DNA of 64,000 nt from an uncultured Gemmatimonadales bacterium (GCA_963730185.1 CAVSQW010000012.1:320001-384000), one strand, 5' to 3'. Positions 9,738 to 18,867 are shown, numbered from the stretch's first letter. Notes: generated by a model not told the origin, from the letters alone. Program-made: numbers and translations.

Positions 9738-10076
9738 TCAGACGAAGTCGCGCCGGTCGAGGTTCGGGAAGACGACAGTGCAGGTGCCAGGGTTGATGCC
9801 CTCGATTCGGACCCGACCGTTGACGTCGAGCGTGCCCTCGATCGGCGTCATCCCGGGAGGGGTGACGATGAATCGCTGGTAGGGCACCGGCTTCTGGTCG
9901 GGATCGAGCAGCTCGATCCCGACAAAGGTTTCGGCCTTGGTCGGGTCCACCATGATCACGGACCGGGGCGGCGGGCCATCCGCCGGCGGGGCGGGCGTCG
10001 AGTCCGGCGGTAGCGGCTCGAACCGACAGGGTGCGCAGCCCCCCATCGCGTCGACCTGACCTGGCTCGAGATTCAT
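9738..10076 (-). CDS. Stand-alone transthyretin-like/carboxypeptidase-regulatory-like domain homologous to the PAAR C-terminal extension (putative co-chaperone)
   Basis: FVGIELLDPDQKPVPYQRFIVTPPG...EGTLDVNGRVRIEGINPGTCTVVFPNLD aligns by eye with PAAR WIEIELVDQKGKPVPHERYRVVPPG...EGFLDDQGFARIGGIDPGTCQITFPNLD; ATGA overlap with the DUF4123 gene. Confidence 0.8.
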   Translation of the reverse strand: MNLEPGQVDAMGGCAPCRFEPLPPDSTPAPPADGPPPRSVIMVDPTKAETFVGIELLDPDQKPVPYQRFIVTPPGMTPIEGTLDVNGRVRIEGINPGTCTVVFPNLDRRDFV

Positions 10077-10622
10077 CGGCGAACCACCAGTGGGGCGGCG
10101 GTCGGCGTCCGGCCCGACGGAGCGGCCGGACCGGGGGCGAGGACCTGAAGGCCGTAGGTGTCCGGGTCAGTCACCGCGAACGCACGCACCGGGCCGAAGG
10201 TCTCCTCGATTTGAGACTTGGTGCCGACGGCCAGGAACTTGGGCAGGACCCGCGGATCGTAAAACCGGAAGTACCAGGACTCGCCGTTCGGCGCGTCGAC
10301 CACAGCAACCGTCTGAAGTGCTTCCGCAGCTCCTCGAGCGAGACGTCGGTGAGGGCGAACACCCCCAGGGCGCGGCCCAGAGATCCGCGGTGATCCAGTC
10401 CAAGGTCAAGGGATCGACCTTGCACAGGTACGGGGCGATCGCCCAGAGCTCCTCCTCGGCCCGACCCTGGTAGAGCGAGACCGCCCGGGTCGCGCCCAGC
10501 TGTCGCATCTTCAGAGGGACCGCGACGACGCCGGTGGCATCGATGACCGCGAAGAGGCGACCCCGGTCAGCCCACTCGCGGGCCTGCAGGACCGACGCCG
10601 ACCTCTGGTGCACTTCAGGCAT
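10073..10622 (-). pseudogene. DUF4123 T6SS effector chaperone/adaptor with two apparent -1 frameshifts (possibly sequencing errors)
   Basis: Three frame fragments join into LFAVIDA..SLYQG..IAPYL..W..PWG/VF..SLEELRKHFRRLL/VDAPNGESWYFRFYDPRVL, the DUF4123 pattern; shifts near 10362-10366 and 10301-10304. Confidence 0.8.
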
Positions 10623-10766
10623 GGCTGGAGAATAAGGGCCGGAAACGGGTTCGGCCAGGCGACCAGGAACGGTCCCGGGCGCCCTGGACAGCCCGCCGCG
10701 TCGCATGGAGATTGGAGGCGGAAGTGCGACTCCGCACCGCCCCTCGAGGAACCGAGCCCGAACCTC

Positions 10767-11687
10767 ATGTCGCAACCCGCGGCCCGCCTGACGGACATGC
10801 ACGTCTGCCCGATGCAGACGCCGGCGGTCGTGCCCATTCCTCACGTCGGCGGCCCGATCACTGGGCCGGGCCAGCCCCAAGTGCTGATTGGCGGCTTGCC
10901 GGCGGCTCGGGTGGGTGATTTCTGCGTCTGCGTTGGCCCGCCGGCCCCGATCGCCATGGGGTCGTTCACGGTACTGATCGGCGGCAAGCCCGCCGCACGG
11001 GTCGGTGACATGACCGGGCACGGCGGAACCATCATGCCGCCCGGCTGCCCGACCGTGCTCATCGGCGATGCGGGCGGCGGGGCCGGGGGCCCGGCCGGCT
11101 TCACGATGGCGGGCGCCAGAGCGAGCGGAGCCGCCTTCACCCGCACGACCTGTCCGGCCGAAGGGGCGATGGCGGCCGCGGCCGGCTCGCCCCTGCTGGC
11201 GACTGGCGATCCCGAAAAGAAGAGCTGGATCGAGATCGAGTTGGTGGACCAGAAGGGGAAGCCCGTGCCCCACGAGCGGTACCGGGTGGTGCCGCCGGGC
11301 GCGAAACCGAGGGAGGGATTCCTCGACGATCAGGGCTTCGCTCGAATCGGCGGGATCGACCCCGGAACCTGCCAGATCACGTTCCCGAACCTCGATGCGG
11401 CCAGCTGGAAGCCGGAGAAGGGCGACCCGGGGCACGCCGTGACGTCGGTCCCGGTCTCGACCTACCACCCGTCGGTCGGACCGGTGGCGGCGCGCCCGTC
11501 GCACGTCGGGCGTCCCTCGGTGGGCCCGGTCAAAGTTCAGGTGGTGGTTCTCCAGCGTCCCTCGGTGGGCGCAGTCACGGTTCAGGTGGCATCCCTCCGG
11601 CGACCGTCGGTCGGGTTCGTCACGGTCCGGGTGGCGAGTTTCCAACGGCCCTCGGTTGGACCGGTAAGCGTGCGCAACGTCGGCTGA
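10767..11687 (+). CDS. PAAR-domain spike-tip protein with a C-terminal TTR-like domain and a 15-aa repeat tail
   Basis: Three PAAR motifs (QPAARLTDMHVCP, LPAARVGDFC, KPAARVGDMTGHGG) with His/Cys metal ligands; start set at ATG 10767. Confidence 0.92.
   Translation: MSQPAARLTDMHVCPMQTPAVVPIPHVGGPITGPGQPQVLIGGLPAARVGDFCVCVGPPAPIAMGSFTVLIGGKPAARVGDMTGHGGTIMPPGCPTVLIGDAGGGAGGPAGFTMAGARASGAAFTRTTCPAEGAMAAAAGSPLLATGDPEKKSWIEIELVDQKGKPVPHERYRVVPPGAKPREGFLDDQGFARIGGIDPGTCQITFPNLDAASWKPEKGDPGHAVTSVPVSTYHPSVGPVAARPSHVGRPSVGPVKVQVVVLQRPSVGAVTVQVASLRRPSVGFVTVRVASFQRPSVGPVSVRNVG
11466..11684 (+). repeat. Five degenerate 45-bp/15-aa repeats (RPSVGxVxVxVxxxx) in the PAAR tail
   Basis: HPSVGPV, RPSVGPV, RPSVGAV, RPSVGFV and RPSVGPV occur at 15-residue spacing. 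Confidence 0.85.
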
Positions 11688-11705
11688 TCAGCCGGGAGCG
11701 AACAC

Positions 11706-12134
11706 ATGGCGGAGCGGATCAAGGCGAAAGTGGGCGACACGGTGGAGACCTCGTTCAACCTGGCCTACAAGAAGGCCGAGGTGGCGCGGCTGCCGGACCG
11801 CAGCCAGTACGAGGCCATCGACTTCGTGATGTTCTGCGAAGCGGGCGGCAGGGAGTTCCTCGGGTCGGGGCTCCAGGCCAGCGTGGGCAACCACATCGTA
11901 TGTACCGTGCGGGAAGTGACCCAGGACGACCAGCCGGTGACGGCGCAGTGGGACTTCACCGCCTCGCCGTCCGAGAGTCCGGACTTCTTCAAGACCGGTG
12001 ATCTCTGGCAGCTCTACCTGGCCTACGTCGAGAAAGGTGGCTCGCCTCCGGGTGACCTCCATTCGCCCCGGGTCCACCTGCTGGCCGAGGTCGAGCTGGT
12101 AGCCGCCGATCCCGCATCGGGCACCAAGGCGTAA
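11706..12134 (+). CDS. Hypothetical protein (142 aa, no signal peptide) in the PAAR operon
   Basis: GGGAG RBS; tight spacing to both neighbours. Confidence 0.7.
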   Translation: MAERIKAKVGDTVETSFNLAYKKAEVARLPDRSQYEAIDFVMFCEAGGREFLGSGLQASVGNHIVCTVREVTQDDQPVTAQWDFTASPSESPDFFKTGDLWQLYLAYVEKGGSPPGDLHSPRVHLLAEVELVAADPASGTKA

Positions 12135-12137
12135 CCC

Positions 12138-12785
12138 GTGTCGGACGACAAGGTAACCCCGACCGATCACGCCCTTCGTCCCGGGGACCACCTGAGCCGA
12201 GTGGCGGGAACCTATCGGTTCCGCTCGTACGGCCCGCTCTGGAACGACGCCGCCAACGCCGCGTTCCGCCAGCGCCGACCCAACCCTCACATCCTCGCCG
12301 CCGGCGAGTCGGTCCACGTCCCCGAACTCAACCTCCGCGAAGTGGACCGCGCCACCGAGGCCCGCCATCGCTTCCGGGTCGAGCTCCACCCGCTGGTCGT
12401 TCGGCTGGCTCGAAAGCACTGGGACGGGACGCTCGACGACCGGGCGCCGGCCGAGGTGCGCCTCGACGACAAGCCGGTCGCAGCGGACCCCGGCGGTCCC
12501 GGCGAGCTGGCGGTGCCGGTCGGGACCCTGGACGACCGGCTCACGATCCGGGTCGACGACGCCGAGCTGACCGCCCGGATCGGCTTCCTCCAGCCAATCG
12601 ACACCCTGGCCGGAGTCCGGGACCGGCTCACCAACCTCGGCTATCGCGCCGGCGACGCCGACCGCCCCGACGTCCCCGGCTTCCGCTCGGCGGTCGAGGA
12701 GTTCCAGTGCGACCATGGTCTCGTCGTCGACGGCAAGGTCGGCCCCGTGACCCGGGCGGCGCTGGTGAAGGCGCACGGCTGCTGA
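12138..12785 (+). CDS. LysM-like + PG_binding_1 peptidoglycan-binding protein (cassette 1)
   Basis: HALRPGDHLSRVA..PNPHILAAGESVHVP; RLTNLGY..SAVEEFQCDHGLVVDGKVGPVTRAAL. Confidence 0.85.
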   Translation: MSDDKVTPTDHALRPGDHLSRVAGTYRFRSYGPLWNDAANAAFRQRRPNPHILAAGESVHVPELNLREVDRATEARHRFRVELHPLVVRLARKHWDGTLDDRAPAEVRLDDKPVAADPGGPGELAVPVGTLDDRLTIRVDDAELTARIGFLQPIDTLAGVRDRLTNLGYRAGDADRPDVPGFRSAVEEFQCDHGLVVDGKVGPVTRAALVKAHGC

Positions 12786-14012
12786 ATGCCAGAGGATTTC
12801 CTCGCCGTCGCGCCGACCGACGTCGCCACCGAGCACAACACGATCAAGGCCCCGCTGGCGCCGGTGGCGGTCTGGGAGCTGACCGACGCGCACTTCGCGT
12901 TCGACTCGTCGGTGCTGCTGCCGTCGATGACCCTCGAGCTGGCGGAGTTGATCGCGATCGTCAAGACTCTCCCCGGCACCTTGCTGTCGGTGTTCGGTCA
13001 TACGGACACCACCGGCAACGACGACTACAACAAAGTGCTCGCCGGGCGTCGCGCAATGGCACTGTATGCGCTGCTGACGAGAGAGGTCGACCTCTGGGAC
13101 CGCCTCTTCACCCATCCGCACGGCGGTGACGACTGGCGCCGAGAGCACGAGTTCTCCCTGGCGCTGATGCGCGACGCCATCGGTCCGGAGGCGAGCGGAT
13201 TGACCCGGCGCCCCCTCTTCCAGCGCTTCATGACGCTCCTCGCCCGGGATCCCGCCGGGAAGTCCTTCGGACTCCCGAAGCGGGCCTTTCTGGGCAAGGG
13301 CGCCGACGCCAAGGGCAGGGGCGACTTTCAGGGATGCGGCGAGTTCAACCCGCTCCGGATCTTCTCCCAGGCGGAGCTGGCCGCCTTTCGGGACCCCGCC
13401 GCGAAGGAGACCCGCGACGCAGAGGGCGCGATCAATCGGCGCGTCTCGGTGTTCTTCTTTCCGGCCGACACCAAGATCTCGGTCCCGAAATGGCCCTGCC
13501 CGCGGGCCCTGGAGGGGACCGCGGCGTGTCGGAAGCGGTTCTGGTCCGACCACGCCGCGCGCCGCCGGCCCGGCGAGCGCCGACGGGAGGAGCCGGGCGA
13601 CGCCGACACTTTCGGCTGCCGGTTCTACGACCGAATCGCCATCGACGCCGCGCGACACGGCAAGACTTCGTCGTTCGGGCGTCTGGTGGTTCGAGCGGAG
13701 TCGGTCTTGCCTTCGGTCAGCAAGCGCGAGCTGGTGGTGCTCGATCCGGCCGGCAAGCTTCTGGGCTCGGCGGTGTTGAATCCCGAGACCAAGCCGGGGG
13801 CGCCACCACCCCCACCCCAACCCGCCCAGATCGTGCTCAAGCCGCCCTTCGGACCGGGCGAGCATCGGATCGAGCGGCGGACGGCTGGTGAGGCGGAGGC
13901 GGCCCCGGTTCGGATGGATTTCCAGGCGTTGATCGGCGCCGTCCTGCGGGAGCGGGACAAGTTCTCGCCTCCAGAGGTCGTTGCCCCGTCGACCGCGAAG
14001 CCGGCCTCGTAA
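12786..14012 (+). CDS. OmpA_C-like domain protein with a large internal insertion and a Cys-containing extension (cassette 1)
   Basis: HFAFDSS..VFGHTDTTGNDDYNKVLAGRRA ... GCGEFNP..NRRVSVF; WPCP..C..TFGCRFY. Confidence 0.8.
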   Translation: MPEDFLAVAPTDVATEHNTIKAPLAPVAVWELTDAHFAFDSSVLLPSMTLELAELIAIVKTLPGTLLSVFGHTDTTGNDDYNKVLAGRRAMALYALLTREVDLWDRLFTHPHGGDDWRREHEFSLALMRDAIGPEASGLTRRPLFQRFMTLLARDPAGKSFGLPKRAFLGKGADAKGRGDFQGCGEFNPLRIFSQAELAAFRDPAAKETRDAEGAINRRVSVFFFPADTKISVPKWPCPRALEGTAACRKRFWSDHAARRRPGERRREEPGDADTFGCRFYDRIAIDAARHGKTSSFGRLVVRAESVLPSVSKRELVVLDPAGKLLGSAVLNPETKPGAPPPPPQPAQIVLKPPFGPGEHRIERRTAGEAEAAPVRMDFQALIGAVLRERDKFSPPEVVAPSTAKPAS

Positions 14013-14016
14013 CGCC

Positions 14017-15534
14017 GTGGCCAAGAAGCCGCTCGACGTTCTCCTCTTCGAGGCGCTGATCAACCAGCGACGTGACGATGGGACCTGGCTGGTGGTCCCG
14101 ACCAGCGACGTCGCCTTCGAGGTGTCCCTCGACGACGGCGTCAGCTTCCAGCCAGTCGAACGGAGCGGCATCCCTTTCGTTCCGGATTTCTTCCGGCTGC
14201 CCTCCGGCCCACGGCCGATTCAGTATCTGGTCCGGGCGACGCCGACATCGTCCCAGCTCTGGCCGGTGGCGTGCCGGTTCACCCTCGGCCCGGACGGCGG
14301 CACCTTCGCTCGGGACGGATCGGAGAAGGGGAACCCGGTGATCGAGCCGGGGGCCTGGCCGATGCCGGTGCGGACGTCGCTGGAGGACAGCTCGATTCTC
14401 GCCGCGTTCGGCTTCGGTAACGCCACCCTCATCCACCACGTCGCCCACCTCTCCCGAGTTCGGGACGCCAGCGATCAGGCCCTGGCGCTGATCAACGAAG
14501 GCAAGCCGATCGACCACCCCGACGACTGGCTCGCCAGCTGGAACCAGGGTACCCCCGCCCGATCACATCTGGGGCGGAACCCGTTGGTGGCCGACCGCAA
14601 GCTGTTGCTCGAGGAGGGGCCGGTCCGGTTCTTCGCTCAGGAGGTCGCCATTCTGGAGATCGCGGACGCTCCGGTGCCGTTGGTGGCGGTGTCCTGGTCA
14701 GCCGGAGTGCTGCGGGGCGGGACGCCGACTCCGTTCCTGGTCTACATCCACCCGGATCACGGTCAGAACGTCGACTACTACGGAGGGCAGCCATATCCCG
14801 GCCCGCGCTATCTGTACTCGGTCGGGTTCCGCAATCTGTTTCACGAGAGCGACCCCCTGGTGGCGCCCAACGGATCCAAGGGCCTCACCACCCAAGTCGC
14901 GGCCGCGGCCAAGGCCGCGGTCGTCGTGGTGCCCATCGCCCGGTTGGGGAATCATCTCGGGCCCCTCGCGGACGCCACCGTGATGGAGCAGGTGCTGCGG
15001 GAGATCCAGACCTTCTTCTATCACCGGGCCGACGACAGCCCACCGCCGCAGCTGGGCCGGGTGGCGCTGTCCGCCTACAGCAACGGCGCCGGGATCCACT
15101 TGAATGCGTTCCTCCAGAAGAACCAGCGGCACCCGTTCCTGGCCAACCTGGTTCGCGAGCTGTACCTGATGGATCCGAGAATGAACGACGAAGCGTTGGT
15201 GAACGCGGTGATCGCCTGGTCACGGACCGGCCAGGCCGCTGACAAGCGGATCCGGGTGTACCTGGGGGCCCGGCACGCCGAGTTCCTGAGAGTGATCGGG
15301 GCCGGCGGTTTCACGCTGTCGCCTGGGCTCCAGAGCACTCCCGACGGTCGGCGAAGCGTCGCCCTGATGGAGGGGAGCTCGTGGATCGCCGCGGCACGCC
15401 GAGAGGGTGCGTCCAAGGAGGTGGCCCAGGGGTTCGCCTTCTGGGGCACCGTCCATGAGGCGATCCCCGGGACGATGTTCACCCATGCACTGCTAAACAG
15501 CGGGTTCGAGGAGGCGTTCGATCTCGGTTTCTAG
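14017..15534 (+). CDS. Hypothetical protein with a possible alpha/beta-hydrolase C-terminal domain; candidate effector (cassette 1 cargo)
   Basis: GTG 4 nt after the OmpA stop; nucleophile-elbow-like VALSAYSNGA, then LYLMDP and a late HEAIP. Confidence 0.65.
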   Translation: MAKKPLDVLLFEALINQRRDDGTWLVVPTSDVAFEVSLDDGVSFQPVERSGIPFVPDFFRLPSGPRPIQYLVRATPTSSQLWPVACRFTLGPDGGTFARDGSEKGNPVIEPGAWPMPVRTSLEDSSILAAFGFGNATLIHHVAHLSRVRDASDQALALINEGKPIDHPDDWLASWNQGTPARSHLGRNPLVADRKLLLEEGPVRFFAQEVAILEIADAPVPLVAVSWSAGVLRGGTPTPFLVYIHPDHGQNVDYYGGQPYPGPRYLYSVGFRNLFHESDPLVAPNGSKGLTTQVAAAAKAAVVVVPIARLGNHLGPLADATVMEQVLREIQTFFYHRADDSPPPQLGRVALSAYSNGAGIHLNAFLQKNQRHPFLANLVRELYLMDPRMNDEALVNAVIAWSRTGQAADKRIRVYLGARHAEFLRVIGAGGFTLSPGLQSTPDGRRSVALMEGSSWIAAARREGASKEVAQGFAFWGTVHEAIPGTMFTHALLNSGFEEAFDLGF

Positions 15535-16130
15535 TCGTCCGCGGCCCAACGGATCGACGGCCACGGAGGGAAGGGCGTGGGCGCAGTGGAATGGAAGGAT
15601 CGCTGGCCGGTAAACCGGTTCAGGGGCGGGACGTCCCGCCAGACGCGGAGGTCCCAGACCGGTCCGGTTGGCGAGGATTCCAACCGGGATCGCAGCCGGA
15701 CCGGCCCCTGGGAGTCAAGCGGAAATAGCCTACTCACCCGGGCGCTGCTCACCAGGTCGTCGGTGGCGAGCAGGAGCTGGAACACGAGCTCGAGGTCGTT
15801 GGCGTCGGCGTAGGGAGCCGAATACTCGACGGTGAAGTTGGCCATCTGATCGGGATGGCGGATGGTGAGCAGGCGGAGGGATCCGGCTCGGACCAGGAGC
15901 TGGTCGCGGACCGCGGCCTTGGCCGCCCCGATGTCTTGGAAGAACTTGGTGGCCGCCGCCGTGGTGGCGAACGCGATCTCCACCTCAGTCTCGGGCCCGT
16001 CCCCGTCGACCGTGACGCTCGCGGCGGCGTCGCCGAAGGCTCCGACGACCCGAGCGAAACCGGCGGCATCGTCCGCGGTCCAGGCCCCGGCAGGCCGGAG
16101 CTCGACGCAATGGGGGGTATTGTCTGGCAT
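15531..16130 (-). CDS. Hypothetical protein (199 aa), convergent on cargo 1
   Basis: Normal composition; its stop overlaps the cargo-1 stop (CTAG). Confidence 0.6.
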   Translation of the reverse strand: MPDNTPHCVELRPAGAWTADDAAGFARVVGAFGDAAASVTVDGDGPETEVEIAFATTAAATKFFQDIGAAKAAVRDQLLVRAGSLRLLTIRHPDQMANFTVEYSAPYADANDLELVFQLLLATDDLVSSARVSRLFPLDSQGPVRLRSRLESSPTGPVWDLRVWRDVPPLNRFTGQRSFHSTAPTPFPPWPSIRWAADD

Positions 16131-16396
16131 GAGATCGGAGGCAAATGGTACGGATCGGTCGATCGGGGGGCAAGCCCTTGGCCCGGCCCGGGTGCAAGGC
16201 GCTGGACAGGGTGCAGGCTCCGCCCGAGATTTCAGCCGTTCCCGGACGACGACCGGGGATCCCGTCCTGGCCCCTGGGACGGACTACGGGATGATTTCGA
16301 ATCGCCCCGGCGCACCCGACGACCGCTCGATCCGGATCGGTCCGCGCGACGCCGAGATCCGGACCCAGCCAACCCATCCTCACCACTGAGGGGCCG

Positions 16397-17107
16397 ATGG
16401 CCGACGAGCACACCATCGCCCCGGGCGACCACCTGTTCCGCCTGGCCCGCGAACGGGGATTCCGAACCGTTCGGGCGCTCACCGACGAACCGGCGAACCG
16501 ATTTCTCCTGGCCAAGCGGGTCAACCCGGCCACCCTGGCCGAAGGCGATGTCGTCACGATCCCCGCCCTCGAGCCGAAGCAGACCAGCGGCGCCACCAAC
16601 CAGTTCACCACCTTCACGGTGGCCGAGAGCGGGCTCCTCCTCAACCTCCGCCTCCAGGACACCGACCAGCAACCGCTCGCCACGCGGGCCTACCGCCTGG
16701 TCGTCGCGGAGCACGATCCGGCGGGCGGAACCAGCCCGGCCGACCCGATCGACGACGTGACCTCGGCCCAGGGAGAGATCGCCAAGGAGATTCCCGACTT
16801 CGCCTTCGAGGGCGAGCTCACCGTCCATGAGAACGAGGACCCGGCCTCCGCCGTGATCGGAACAATCAAGGTTCTGATCGGGGTTCTGGAGGCCGCCAAC
16901 ACGATCCGGGGTCAGCAGGCCCGGCTCAACAACATGGGCTACTTCGCGGGCTTCTCCGAGAAGGACCTCGATCAGCTCCACTGGGCGATCGAGGAGTTCC
17001 AGGCCGACCACGGCCTGAAGGCCACCGGGCGGATCGACGATCCCGCGACCTTCAACCGGATCGCCCACGAGCACGGCGACCTGCTCAAGAGCGAGAAGGT
17101 GCCCTGA
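16397..17107 (+). CDS. LysM-like + TTR-like + PG_binding_1 protein (cassette 2)
   Basis: HTIAPGDHLFRLA..NPATLAEGDVVTIP; QARLNNMGY..AIEEFQADHGLKATG; paralog of 12138-12785; GAGGGG RBS. Confidence 0.85.
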   Translation: MADEHTIAPGDHLFRLARERGFRTVRALTDEPANRFLLAKRVNPATLAEGDVVTIPALEPKQTSGATNQFTTFTVAESGLLLNLRLQDTDQQPLATRAYRLVVAEHDPAGGTSPADPIDDVTSAQGEIAKEIPDFAFEGELTVHENEDPASAVIGTIKVLIGVLEAANTIRGQQARLNNMGYFAGFSEKDLDQLHWAIEEFQADHGLKATGRIDDPATFNRIAHEHGDLLKSEKVP

Positions 17108-18867
17108 TGGCCAGCACGATCAACATTCCCGACATGGTGGAGGAAAACGCCAACGGGATCTTCGCCACCCAGCCCATCCGGGCGAGCTTGCCGGTCCTGG
17201 TGGCGCCGACCGACTCCAGCCGGGCCGCGGCCACCAACCTGATTCGCCGCCCGCTGGTGGTCGTCGCCTGCGCCAATCTCAAGGAGTACAACTTCGACTT
17301 CGACTCGTCGGTGGTGCTCCCCCAGGCGCGCGACGGCTTCACCTCCCTGGCCGGCCTGATCGGCCGTCATCCGGGGTCGCCCATGTCAATGTTCGGGCAC
17401 ACCGACCCCGAAGGACCGGTCGAGTACAACCAGTTTCTGAGCGAGCGGCGCGCCCGGGCGATCTTCGCCGTGCTGGTACGCGACCCGGCGATCTGGGATG
17501 ATCTCTTCCGGCATCAGCAGGGCGCCAGCGGCGACGATTGGGCCAAGCACGGCGCGATCGAGATCATGCTCACCGGCCTCGGCCTCCAGCCGGGCGAGCC
17601 AACCCCCGGCCTCGCGCCCGAAACGCGCGACGCCCTTCGGCAGCTGCTCGGCCTTCCACCCGGCGCGTCGGTCAACAACGCGGCCGTCCGGCTCGCGCTG
17701 TTCGAGCGGTACATGGATTTTCTCCGGAGCGGCTCCGACGGCAAGGCGACCTTCCCGGCGGTCACGACCGACGACTTTCTGGGGAAGGGCAAGCAGCGCG
17801 GGACCCTGCAGGGCTGCAGCAAGTTCAATCCCCAGCTCTTGCTCAAGAAGCAGGACCAGGACCGCTTCGACAAAGACAAGTCGCCGGAGACCAAGCAAGC
17901 GCGCGACCTCAAGAACGAGAACAACCGGCGGGTGGTGATCTACTTCTTCGCTCCGGGCTCCGCGATCGATCCCGAGCGCTGGCCTTGCCCCACGGCGCAG
18001 ATGGGACCGGGACGGTGTGAGGCCCGCCAGTGGTCGGACGGCACCGACCGACGGAAGAAGCTCTTCGTGGTCCATCCCCGGCGATTCGGACGCGAGGTTC
18101 GGCCGGAGGCCCGCGAGCTCGACCCGCGGAGCCCCGTGCTCGAGCAGAAGCTGGGCAACGAGGAGACGACGTTCGGATGCCGGTTCTATCACGGCATCGC
18201 GGCCCATTCCCCCTGCGAGCGTGACCTCAAGATGTGGGGGCTCCGGATCCTGATCGACGCCCCGACCCCGATTCAGTCCGGTGGGACCAACAAGTCGAAC
18301 AAGAAGATCCCGCTGGCCAACCGCCGCTACGTGGCCCTGATCGGGTCGTCGTCCGACGCCCCGTCGGTCCGCGGTCGGACCACCGCTGAGGGCATGATCG
18401 GCCTCCCGTTCTTCGACCCGAACGTCCCGATCACCCTCAAGATCGACGCGTTCGCCGCCCTGGCTCCCCCCCCGGCCCCGGCCAAACCCGGCGATCCGGC
18501 CCCGGCGGCGAAGCCGACCTCCGACTCGGAGCGGTTCGAGGACGAGGATCAGTTCCTGGTGCTCCGTCTCGACGGCAGCAAGCTCCGCCCGATCCGGGTC
18601 CGAGACGAGAGCTCGCTGGGGTTCGATCCGGACTTCGACGACGATCCCGCTCCGGTGACTGACGCGGATCGCCGGCTCGGTGCCCTCCAGCGTCTCTTCA
18701 ATCTCGGCTACGGCAGCGACGACACCGGGGGCGACGCCTTCGGGAACTGGACCAACGACCAGCGTCGGGCCTTTCTGAAGCAGTTCCAGCGCGACCACGA
18801 CCTCGACGAGTCCGGCACGCTCGACCAGGCGACCACCGACGCCCTGATCAAGGCGCACGGGTCGTGA
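17107..18867 (+). CDS. Split OmpA_C-like + TTR-like + PG_binding_1 protein (cassette 2)
   Basis: NFDFDSS..MFGHTDPEGPVEYNQFLSERRA..GCSKFNP..NRRVVIY; WPCP..C..TFGCRFY; C-terminal RLFNLGY..FQRDHDLDESGTLD..TTDALIKAHGS. Confidence 0.82.
   Translation: MASTINIPDMVEENANGIFATQPIRASLPVLVAPTDSSRAAATNLIRRPLVVVACANLKEYNFDFDSSVVLPQARDGFTSLAGLIGRHPGSPMSMFGHTDPEGPVEYNQFLSERRARAIFAVLVRDPAIWDDLFRHQQGASGDDWAKHGAIEIMLTGLGLQPGEPTPGLAPETRDALRQLLGLPPGASVNNAAVRLALFERYMDFLRSGSDGKATFPAVTTDDFLGKGKQRGTLQGCSKFNPQLLLKKQDQDRFDKDKSPETKQARDLKNENNRRVVIYFFAPGSAIDPERWPCPTAQMGPGRCEARQWSDGTDRRKKLFVVHPRRFGREVRPEARELDPRSPVLEQKLGNEETTFGCRFYHGIAAHSPCERDLKMWGLRILIDAPTPIQSGGTNKSNKKIPLANRRYVALIGSSSDAPSVRGRTTAEGMIGLPFFDPNVPITLKIDAFAALAPPPAPAKPGDPAPAAKPTSDSERFEDEDQFLVLRLDGSKLRPIRVRDESSLGFDPDFDDDPAPVTDADRRLGALQRLFNLGYGSDDTGGDAFGNWTNDQRRAFLKQFQRDHDLDESGTLDQATTDALIKAHGS

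Noticed and set aside
10608..10766. Longer PAAR N-terminus given in the ORF track
   Set aside because: PAAR domains normally start a few residues before the first PAAR motif; the extension overlaps the divergent DUF4123 start and promoter space.
16131..16396. Nested short inverted repeats between the two cassettes as mobile-element ends
   Set aside because: The stems are short and GC-rich, as expected by chance; no transposase or target-site duplication.
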